From an uncultured Candidatus Saccharibacteria bacterium (GTDB lineage: Bacteria; Patescibacteriota; Saccharimonadia; Saccharimonadales; 2-12-FULL-41-12), in contig CAZFPJ010000002.1 in the NCBI GenBank assembly GCA_964521095.1, positions 149,108 to 213,107 on the forward strand: a stretch of DNA of 64,000 bases, read 5' to 3'. The position numbers and the translations under genes are program-made. Below the pieces are notes generated by a model. The model made no database searches and was not told the origin of the DNA. It saw nothing but the letters and a program-made list of their open reading frames with translations. This document shows, in pieces, positions 1 through 8,033 of the stretch; positions within the stretch are counted from its first letter, which is position 1, and each line of letters begins with the position of its first letter.

Positions 1-136
1 CTCCACCAATCGAAGAGGGTGTTGTTCCTGGTGTTTTTGTGGAGCTTGGCCATTGTTATGATTATACAAGGCAATAACCTGCATAGTCTATATTTTAAGG
101 TGGCAACAGGCTTGTCAGGCTGTTACCATATAGTTC

Positions 137-952
137 ATGGCAAAAAGATTATTAAACGGTTCGGACTTGGCTGGATTTATAAAAGAACGGCAAGCCAAAA
201 CAGTGCGTGGACTTATTCAGACACATGGCATTACGCCAAAACTTGCTATTGTTCAGACCAAGGACGATCCAGTAATTAACACCTATGTTCGCCTAAAAAA
301 GCGTTATGGGGACGAGATTGGGGTGGCCGTTGTCGTGCATCGGATAGACCAGACTCAGGCCGAAGAAATCATAAAAACCCTTAATCAAGACGATCAGGTC
401 CATGGAATTATCGTTCAGCTTCCGCTTGACGATGTTAGTCAAACAGATGAATTATGTAATCTTGTTAGTCCGGATAAGGATGTAGATGCTCTTGGCAAAA
501 ATGCTAATTTTGATCCGGCTACACCCATGGCTATATTGTGGTTGTTGGCGGGGTACAATGTGGACTTAAAAGACAAACAGATTTTGTTAATCGGTCGCGG
601 AAAATTAGTTGGTCGCCCTCTTGGAAAAATTTTAAGTACATCTAATCACCATGTTATTTTTGCAGATCGAACAACTGACAACCTGAAAGATTTAACTGCC
701 AAAGCCGACATCATTATCACCGCAACTGGAAGCCCCAGTATTTTATACGCCAACATGATAAAACCTGGCGCAGTAGTGGTTGATGCGGGCGTAGCCAGTG
801 AGGACGGTAAGACGGTTGGCGATGTAGCGAGCGATGTGTACGAACGAGATGATATTACTATTACCCCTACCAAAGGTGGTGTCGGCCCACTAACAGTCAG
901 TGCATTATTCGAGAATGTTATTTTAGGCGCCAATAGGTCCGCTCAAGAATAG
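137..952 (+). CDS. folD: bifunctional methylene-THF dehydrogenase / methenyl-THF cyclohydrolase FolD
   Basis: 271-aa ORF with FolD layout throughout. Rossmann motif LLIGRGKLVGRPLG and C-terminal TPTKGGVGPLTV (FolD PGGVGPMT-type signature). Confidence 0.9.
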   Translation: MAKRLLNGSDLAGFIKERQAKTVRGLIQTHGITPKLAIVQTKDDPVINTYVRLKKRYGDEIGVAVVVHRIDQTQAEEIIKTLNQDDQVHGIIVQLPLDDVSQTDELCNLVSPDKDVDALGKNANFDPATPMAILWLLAGYNVDLKDKQILLIGRGKLVGRPLGKILSTSNHHVIFADRTTDNLKDLTAKADIIITATGSPSILYANMIKPGAVVVDAGVASEDGKTVGDVASDVYERDDITITPTKGGVGPLTVSALFENVILGANRSAQE

Positions 953-2208
953 GGGAGTAAGGGCACGATGTCTTCTGGTAGGGAGTGCCGGTAAAGTGCT
1001 TGAGGGTCAAAGTTCTCTACCCGAGGATAAACAAACAGTTCATTCAGTTCGGGGTATATTGTTTTAGCTTGATCCATCGCCCATCGACACTCTTTGATAG
1101 TACCAACACACTCTAGCGGTTTGCGGTCAACCAGACCCAAAAGCTGTCTGTAAGCATCTTTTAGGGTAGGGTCTAATAGGAGATTTTTACTTTCAAAAAT
1201 ATTCTGCAAAGCAGTTTTGTCCACAAAAGGAGTTAGTGCCAAGAATATAAAAGCACATTTTGGGCACTTCCCGCACCAAAAAAGACTAGTCTCGTTCTGT
1301 CGAAAGGCTTTGTTGCACGAGCTAAAAACAGATTTATATTTATCAAAAGACGGAGCAAATAATTTTGCAATTTGTACTTCCGAGAAAGGCCTTAACAGAG
1401 AAAAATAACGGGGAGAAGTGCCAAAGCAGTGAGCTAGTAGTTGCTGATAGGATATTTCAAAATCAGAAGACTTAGAATATTGGTGGTTAATCTCAACGCC
1501 TCTATAGTTAAGTGTTGGTTCGTCTGCCGAAGCCTCATTGGACATCACTACATCTTGCTTGCCATTCAATATTGCGACTATCGTTCCAACTCCCGCAAAT
1601 ATAGCCGAGATAGGCACATGGCCGTTGTAAGGAGCTTGCCCTGTGGTCAGATAAGGGTCTATTTGGCGGTTTACCCATATATGAGGCAGTCCGATGGACT
1701 CAACCAGTGGGAGTAGTTGCTGTTTATGTCCTAAGCTCCAAGTTGTAATTGGTCGCTCTGCTTTTTGTAGTATTTCAATCGAAACCAAGGAGTCTTTGCC
1801 TCCTCCTAAAGCCACCAAAGTACCACCTCCTGTAGAGTTAAGTGTTTCGATAGTGCTATTTATAGGGAAGCTGAACTTGTAGTTAGGGTCAAGGTTGTTG
1901 ACATAAAAAAACTCGCCTAAACCCTTTTGGTATAAATTATTCAAAAAGTCTGCGGTATGCTGATCTATATTACCTTGCTCAATAATAATTTCCGTTGGCA
2001 AAAAGGCCTTGTAATACGATATCCCGGCAATAAAGAATAGATTTTGCAGGGCTCTATCTAAAGTTTTTGCGTCGTATTCTACAAAATCAAAGTCAAAAAT
2101 ATATCTTTCTTGAAATTCTTTATCATCGATACGATACACAAAAGTGGCAGTTTTTTTTGTGTTATCAAAGGCATAACTTTTGAATATGAATCTACTAGCC
2201 TTGTTCAT
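943..2208 (-). CDS. PP-loop-like (GGGKDS) ATP-utilising protein coupled to murD; candidate MurL-type UDP-MurNAc-L-Ala-L-Glu epimerase
   Basis: 421-aa ORF whose start overlaps the murD stop by 14 nt. Motif LVALGGGKDSLVS resembles the SGGxDS PP-loop; C-terminal Cys cluster WCGKCPKCAF. The function is inferred from context only. Confidence 0.5.
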   Translation of the reverse strand: MNKASRFIFKSYAFDNTKKTATFVYRIDDKEFQERYIFDFDFVEYDAKTLDRALQNLFFIAGISYYKAFLPTEIIIEQGNIDQHTADFLNNLYQKGLGEFFYVNNLDPNYKFSFPINSTIETLNSTGGGTLVALGGGKDSLVSIEILQKAERPITTWSLGHKQQLLPLVESIGLPHIWVNRQIDPYLTTGQAPYNGHVPISAIFAGVGTIVAILNGKQDVVMSNEASADEPTLNYRGVEINHQYSKSSDFEISYQQLLAHCFGTSPRYFSLLRPFSEVQIAKLFAPSFDKYKSVFSSCNKAFRQNETSLFWCGKCPKCAFIFLALTPFVDKTALQNIFESKNLLLDPTLKDAYRQLLGLVDRKPLECVGTIKECRWAMDQAKTIYPELNELFVYPRVENFDPQALYRHSLPEDIVPLLPYS

Positions 2209-3508
2209 GGTCGCTTACAGCCTGATTAAATTTGTTTCCACGATCTTCGAAGTTTTTGAACATATCGAAACTAGCAAACCCAGGCGAAAGCAAAATAGTG
2301 TCGCCATCCAAAGCAAAGCTCCTTGCTGAAGCCACGATAGCCTTCATATCTTTATTGTGATCGATAATGAAGTTAGAGAAATTCGCAGATTCTAGATTTT
2401 TAGCAAGTCGCTCGCCGGAATTTCCAATTAGTATTATTTTTCTAATATCTTGCTCGGCGTTTTTGATAAACTCAGCTAATTCTGATAGATCTAGTCCACG
2501 ATCGTGCCCACCCAAGATAACTATTTTTTTGCCAGGCACAGCCGACATGCCGGCGACACTAGCACTGGGGGCAGTAGCAAACGAATCATTGTAATATCTG
2601 ATGCCGTTGATCTTGGCACGGAGTTCTGTTCTGAAAGGCAGGTTACTGGTATTAACAATTGCACTTTTAATAGCTTGAATATCTTTAATAACTTGATAGA
2701 CGGCAGTAGTAGAGGCGCAAATATTTTGCCAATTATGTTTGCCTAGTAGGCCAATTTCGCTGACTTTGCAGACTGCTTGGTTTGCTATTGTTATTTTGCC
2801 GTTCTCTACGGTTGCTCCGGGTTCTTTCATAAAAGGAATTTGTTTACCGATTGAGGCAGAGGCAATTTGTTGGGAGTATTGGTTTGAGGCGTAATATATT
2901 GCGATGTCCTGAGGGTGTTGGCTAGCAAATAATTGTTTCTTAGCAGTGACATACTCTTCAAATGACTCATGCCAGTCAAGATGCTCGGGTATTACGCCGA
3001 GGCAGACGGCGATGTGGGGTGAGTATTTTAGGTCGATAAGTTGGAAGTTGGCGAGCTCTAACACCACCCAATCATCTGGTTGTATATCATTTTTGAGCAT
3101 TTCAAGTGGCGGAGTGCCAATATTGCCACCTAGGTGGGCTCGTTTGCCACCAGCCTCGAGCATTTTGGTAATCAGCGTGCTGGTAGTGCCTTTACCCTTG
3201 GTGCCGGTTACGCCAATGATGTTCCGACTCGGACAAACTCGCATAAATTCGTTAGTAACAGAGGTAATTTTGTCCTCTACGCCAGGGTTGTTCGCTAAGA
3301 TATCTCGTGGATGGATGCTAGGACTTCGAACAATCAGGTCAAACTTATCAAGATTTTTTAAATATTCTTCGCCAAGCTGTCCATTGGTGCTGTTTGGGAG
3401 TTCAAGTTCGGTATTTTTATCACAAATAGTTATTTGGTTTTTTTCGGGATTCCAATATTCCAGAGCCGACTTGCCCTGAAGTCCATAACCGACAATAGCA
3501 ATTTTCAT
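2195..3508 (-). CDS. murD: UDP-N-acetylmuramoyl-L-alanine--glutamate ligase (MurD family)
   Basis: N-terminal Rossmann KIAIVGYGLQGKS, Mur-ligase P-loop GVTGTKGKGTTSTLITKML, C-terminal LLSPGFASFDMFKNFEDRG. Confidence 0.9.
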   Translation of the reverse strand: MKIAIVGYGLQGKSALEYWNPEKNQITICDKNTELELPNSTNGQLGEEYLKNLDKFDLIVRSPSIHPRDILANNPGVEDKITSVTNEFMRVCPSRNIIGVTGTKGKGTTSTLITKMLEAGGKRAHLGGNIGTPPLEMLKNDIQPDDWVVLELANFQLIDLKYSPHIAVCLGVIPEHLDWHESFEEYVTAKKQLFASQHPQDIAIYYASNQYSQQIASASIGKQIPFMKEPGATVENGKITIANQAVCKVSEIGLLGKHNWQNICASTTAVYQVIKDIQAIKSAIVNTSNLPFRTELRAKINGIRYYNDSFATAPSASVAGMSAVPGKKIVILGGHDRGLDLSELAEFIKNAEQDIRKIILIGNSGERLAKNLESANFSNFIIDHNKDMKAIVASARSFALDGDTILLSPGFASFDMFKNFEDRGNKFNQAVSDHEQG

Positions 3509-3519
3509 TACTATCTATT

Positions 3520-3888
3520 TTAGCTGGCTAATTGAGTCTTGACTAGCTCGGCGACTTGTCTTGGTGTCATGTCAGCCTTAAGGATGAAAGATTTTACTCC
3601 AAGCTCTTCCATCTCTTTGGGTATCTCTTGCTCGCCCATATTAGTCAGCACGATAACTTTTATGTCTTTACCCCAATCTGTTGCGCGGAGGGCTTTTAGC
3701 ATCTCACTGCCTGTCATTTCTGGCATCATGAGGTCCAGCAACACCATATCTGGCTTCATCTCTTCGATGAGGGATAGGCCCAATCGGCCGTTTTCGGCAG
3801 TCTCGACATCAAAACCCTCAGTCTCAAACTTGATGCGATACATCTGAGATATCGCATGGTCATCTTCAATAATTGCAATCTTTGTCAT
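3520..3888 (-). CDS. single-domain response regulator (receiver only, CheY-like)
   Basis: 122 aa. Acidic pocket IIEDD, phospho-acceptor context MVLLDLMMPEMTG, conserved Lys in FILKAD. No output domain. Confidence 0.9.
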   Translation of the reverse strand: MTKIAIIEDDHAISQMYRIKFETEGFDVETAENGRLGLSLIEEMKPDMVLLDLMMPEMTGSEMLKALRATDWGKDIKVIVLTNMGEQEIPKEMEELGVKSFILKADMTPRQVAELVKTQLAS

Positions 3889-3991
3889 ACTTAGGATTAT
3901 ATACCATTAGAGGTTTATATTGACAGATAAGTTTAGACTTAATGATGTAAAGTGACTATGGTATAATCAGATAACACTTCAGAAATAAAAA

Positions 3992-4477
3992 ATGATAATT
4001 CATATAGCAAAAGGTATAGGTCAAGGCCCAACAAAATTATCTGCTTTTGATGCAGCACTTAATGATGCTGGGGTGGCAAATTTTAACTTAATAAAACTAA
4101 GCTCAGTTATACCAACCGGCTCAGAAATAGTCATCCATAAAAAGGCCATTCCCAAAGAGGTTATCAAAGGCGGTTGGGGGGATAAACTGTTTGTCGTTAT
4201 GGCCGAAGAGAGAGAAAACTCCCCCAATGTAGAAGCTTGGGCGGGAATTGGCTGGGTACAAGATGTAAAAACAGGCGAAGGTCTTTTTGTTGAACATGAG
4301 GGGGCCAGCGAACAGTCTGTCAGAAGAGACATCACTCAAAGTCTAGAGGCCTTGATGGCAACTCGCAACATAGACTTTGGAGAGATACACATGGAAGTTA
4401 ATGGTGGTGTCTGCAATCACCATCCAGTTAGCTCGCTTGTTGTTGCTGTATTTCAGTCGGAGCCTTGGCAAAAATAG
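3992..4477 (+). CDS. pdaD: pyruvoyl-dependent arginine decarboxylase
   Basis: 161 aa. N-terminal GPTKLSAFDAAL and self-processing site NLIKLSSVIP (Ser-Ser cleavage motif of PvlArgDC). Confidence 0.85.
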   Translation: MIIHIAKGIGQGPTKLSAFDAALNDAGVANFNLIKLSSVIPTGSEIVIHKKAIPKEVIKGGWGDKLFVVMAEERENSPNVEAWAGIGWVQDVKTGEGLFVEHEGASEQSVRRDITQSLEALMATRNIDFGEIHMEVNGGVCNHHPVSSLVVAVFQSEPWQK

Positions 4478-4499
4478 TAAAATCTGCTATAATATACTT

Positions 4500-5804
4500 A
4501 TGACAGAGAAAAATGTCGAGGATATTCTTGCGAAGCAAGAGGGAGTTGCCATGAACGAACTTCCCCATACTACTACGCCCCAAAGTTCTCCTAGTGTTTT
4601 ACATAGAACCAGGCGAGCGATAGAGATGGGGGTGGTTGCTTTAGAGGTTACCCCTGCAAACGAAACCTTACGCTATGGGGTTTTCGTTGCTACTCTTGCA
4701 GCGACTAAAGATCCTATTCTATCTGCCGGGGCTTTTGGAGTCGCAACCACTGCTATCGAAGGAGTAGGGGCAACGGCTTCCGCAAGTTTACTTGCGTCGC
4801 CCACCGGAGATAAAACAACTAGATGGATTAACAATAAAATTGAAGATTTTGGAGTATCAAAAGACGCTACTGTACCTCCTGTAGCCAAGGCAGGGGTAGC
4901 TCTTTTGGGTGGCTCGGCCATTGTTGTTGGTGTAAAACACAGAGAAGACCCTAACAGGAGCTTTACGGACAATTTCAGGTATGGAGTTGGTTCTGCTGTT
5001 GCTCTTGGCGGAGTTTGCGCTGCCCAGGGATATCTTATGGCAGAAGGCATCACCAATCCAGAGCCAGAAACTATTGGGGGCGCCTTGATTGCTATTGGTG
5101 GTTTGGTCGCCTTTGGAAAGTGGGCAAGAGCTAAATTAGAACAGAAAAAGCTGATACCAGAAGCTACGGACAGTTATATCGAAGAGTTCGACTTGCGAGT
5201 CAGGCTGACAGATGACCCAAGGCAGATAGAGGAAGCCTCGGCTTTAGAGCAAGCGATTTGGGACAAAAATAATTTCGGCTCACTAGATGAGTATAGGAAA
5301 TATGACGATCAGTGCAGAATGTTTGTTGCAGAGGAACAGGGTGAGATAATCGGCGTTACCAGAATGTTTTATGGTGGTCCAGAGTTGCCGCCTTTTATGG
5401 ATTTGCCGTTTTATGACAAAGCCGAGAAAGAGCAAATTGAAAAATCCTGTTTGACTGGCGACATAGAGGAGTTAGGTACGACAGGAATTGATAAAGAGAA
5501 AGATAAAGCACCGAAACATGTCGTTGCTTTAGAGATGTGGCGACTTGCCTACAGAGACGCTATGCAAAGAGGTGTAAAAAACTGGGGTATCATCATGGAG
5601 CCTGAAAGAGTCGAGAAGATGAATCAGAACTTCGGCTTTAAGTTCAAGCAGCTTGGTCCGGCAAAAGACTATCAGGGTGGCGATTGCGCTCCATTTGTTA
5701 TGGACTTACAAGAGGTAGACGCACACATGAGCCAAACTCTGCCCGAGCTATACGATTGGTTTGTCAAGCAGCCCCTGGTCAAAAGACCAAAAGACCAAAA
5801 ATAA
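4500..5804 (+). CDS. membrane-associated protein with C-terminal GNAT-like N-acyltransferase (FeeM/OlsB-like) domain
   Basis: The track ORF starts at 4377 inside pdaD, so the ATG at 4500 (MTEKNVEDIL) is more plausible. The N-terminal half has several Ala/Gly-rich hydrophobic segments. The C-terminal half (EQAIWDKNNFG..MFVAEEQGEIIGVTRMFYGG..EELGTTGI) resembles N-acyl amino acid synthase-type GNATs. Confidence 0.5.
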   Translation: MTEKNVEDILAKQEGVAMNELPHTTTPQSSPSVLHRTRRAIEMGVVALEVTPANETLRYGVFVATLAATKDPILSAGAFGVATTAIEGVGATASASLLASPTGDKTTRWINNKIEDFGVSKDATVPPVAKAGVALLGGSAIVVGVKHREDPNRSFTDNFRYGVGSAVALGGVCAAQGYLMAEGITNPEPETIGGALIAIGGLVAFGKWARAKLEQKKLIPEATDSYIEEFDLRVRLTDDPRQIEEASALEQAIWDKNNFGSLDEYRKYDDQCRMFVAEEQGEIIGVTRMFYGGPELPPFMDLPFYDKAEKEQIEKSCLTGDIEELGTTGIDKEKDKAPKHVVALEMWRLAYRDAMQRGVKNWGIIMEPERVEKMNQNFGFKFKQLGPAKDYQGGDCAPFVMDLQEVDAHMSQTLPELYDWFVKQPLVKRPKDQK

Positions 5805-5849
5805 TAAAGCCTAGTGCTATTCTTTGGTTATATCTTATAATTAGCATTA

Positions 5850-8018
5850 ATGCTTACGCTTTTACTCGGTTTGAGTTGTTTGATCTTGATAATCCTCGCT
5901 TTGACGGTTTATTTTAGTAACTCAAGATCAAAGACAAATGTATATCTTTCCTGGTTTATTCTTGGGGGGTTATTCTGGGTTTTTACAAACCTATTGACCA
6001 ATCTATATTTGACTAACAATAATTTTGTTCAAGGCTTGTTATTTACTCGTTTAGCATTGGTCGGCGCATCTATATTGCCAGTTGCTTTTTTGTTTTTTGC
6101 CATGGCCTTTGTCGGCAAGGAGCAAAGGATGTCAAAATTATCAAAAGCAGGCTACATGACTCCTATTTTATTATTGCTGTTGACAACCTTTACTGACTAT
6201 AACGCCAAGATTATAGACAAAGATGTAGTTACCGGGCAAGCATATTACTTGATAATCTTGATTTTCATAAGTTACTTTTTGTACGGGACAATCTTGCTGG
6301 CTCAACACTATAAAAATGCAGACGCACAGGTAAGGACTCAGTTAAAGTTTATTTTTTTGGGGATAATCTTGAGTGTAGTGCCTGGATTGGTTGTTAATGG
6401 CATACTGCCGGCTATGGGCAACACCAGCCTATCTTATTATGGCTCTGCCGTCGTGATATTTTTTGCGTTCTTTACCTCGATTGCAATTATTAAGCACCAG
6501 CTTTTTAATGTGAGGGCCGCCATAGCTCGGACAGTAGCGTATGGTCTGTTTGTATCGTTTTTAAGTGCTGTATATATTGCAATCATTTTTATTCTGTCTA
6601 GCAAATTAGTTGGCGCCGGATCTGTGTTTGTCAAGCAAGTTGCCCCTATTGCGACGGCTATTTTTCTGGTATTTACTGCCCCTTATTTCAAGCGTATTTT
6701 TGACCGAATTACCAACCGGCTCTTTTATCAGGATGCTTACGATACACAAGGTTTGTTGGACGATTTTAACAAAGCTCTCCTAGATAATATTGAGTTGCCG
6801 ATTTTGTTGAGACATGCAACCTCTGTTATACAAGAGAATCTAAAGAGTCAGTTTTGTACGGTTATCGTTAACACCGAAGGACCAGCGTTAATCAGAAACA
6901 TTGGTACGGCAGACTTGCATTTTTCTGGGGTGCAATTGGCTCAATTGCGACTTGGGCTTGCCGATGAAAACTTCAAGATAGTTGTAGAAGATTTTAACTC
7001 AGAAGACAGTCATATAAAAAGACTGCTCAAGTCTAAAAATGTTGCCTTAGCAATTAGACTTGACGCTAGCTACAGAACAGGTAAGGACTCGTTAGCCTAC
7101 TTGATGTTAGGGCCCAAGAGAAACGGCGGTCCGTATAGCAAAAAAGACCTCAAAATTATAGAAATTATTGCTGACGAACTGGTCATCGCCATCCAGAACG
7201 CTCTGCGTTTTGAAGAGATTCAGGGGTTCGCGTCTACTCTGCAAGAAAATGTCAACGAGGCAACTGCCAAGCTAAAGCATACGAACGAAAAGTTAAAAGA
7301 GATGGATCAAACCAAAGATGAGTTTATTAGTATGGCTTCTCATCAGCTTCGTACACCCCTCACATCTGTTAAGGGCTACCTCAGTATGGTGCTAGAAGGC
7401 GATGTCGGCAAAGTGACGCCAGAGCAAGAAAAACTGCTTAACCAAGCGTTTATTAGCTCTCAGCGCATGGTTTATCTGATAGCCGACCTGCTAAATGTGT
7501 CTCGCCTCAAAACCGGTAAGTTTGTGATTGTGTCTGCCCCGACTGACCTAGCAGAGGTGGTGCAGGGTGAGATAGATCAGTTAACAGAGGTCGCGAAAGG
7601 TAAAAACATTAAGATTAACTATAAACGCCCCAAAGAATTTACTAAACTCATGTTGGATGAAACAAAGATTCGCCAAGTTATAATGAATTTTATAGACAAT
7701 GCTATCTACTATACCCCTGCTAAGGGTAATATAACGGTGATTGTCAAAGAAGACAGAGGCAATGTGTATTTTAGCGTCAAAGACAACGGTATGGGTGTAC
7801 CAAAAGAAGATCAAAAACATCTGTTTACCAAGTTTTACAGAGGTACAAATGCCCGAAAAGCTCGCCCAGATGGTACTGGTTTGGGCCTCTTTATGGCCAA
7901 AAAAGTGGTTTCTGCTCAGGATGGCAATATTTTGTTCGAGAGCCGAGAGGGCAAGGGTAGTACCTTTGGCTTTAGTTTCTCAAAATCCAAGCTTCGCGTC
8001 GAAGATAAACAAGGTTAA
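5850..8018 (+). CDS. sensor histidine kinase with polytopic N-terminal membrane domain
   Basis: About 270 aa of repeated TM helices. H-box SMASHQLRTPLTSVKGY, N-box FIDNAIYYTP, G-boxes VKDNGMGVP and GTGLGLFMAKK. Confidence 0.9.
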   Translation: MLTLLLGLSCLILIILALTVYFSNSRSKTNVYLSWFILGGLFWVFTNLLTNLYLTNNNFVQGLLFTRLALVGASILPVAFLFFAMAFVGKEQRMSKLSKAGYMTPILLLLLTTFTDYNAKIIDKDVVTGQAYYLIILIFISYFLYGTILLAQHYKNADAQVRTQLKFIFLGIILSVVPGLVVNGILPAMGNTSLSYYGSAVVIFFAFFTSIAIIKHQLFNVRAAIARTVAYGLFVSFLSAVYIAIIFILSSKLVGAGSVFVKQVAPIATAIFLVFTAPYFKRIFDRITNRLFYQDAYDTQGLLDDFNKALLDNIELPILLRHATSVIQENLKSQFCTVIVNTEGPALIRNIGTADLHFSGVQLAQLRLGLADENFKIVVEDFNSEDSHIKRLLKSKNVALAIRLDASYRTGKDSLAYLMLGPKRNGGPYSKKDLKIIEIIADELVIAIQNALRFEEIQGFASTLQENVNEATAKLKHTNEKLKEMDQTKDEFISMASHQLRTPLTSVKGYLSMVLEGDVGKVTPEQEKLLNQAFISSQRMVYLIADLLNVSRLKTGKFVIVSAPTDLAEVVQGEIDQLTEVAKGKNIKINYKRPKEFTKLMLDETKIRQVIMNFIDNAIYYTPAKGNITVIVKEDRGNVYFSVKDNGMGVPKEDQKHLFTKFYRGTNARKARPDGTGLGLFMAKKVVSAQDGNILFESREGKGSTFGFSFSKSKLRVEDKQG

Positions 8019-8033
8019 ACCTTGCAACAGGGG

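Noticed and set aside
4377-4499. An N-terminal extension of the GNAT-fusion ORF (track start 4377)
   Set aside because: It overlaps the last 100 nt of pdaD in another frame and encodes an implausible peptide. The ATG at 4500 follows the pdaD stop.
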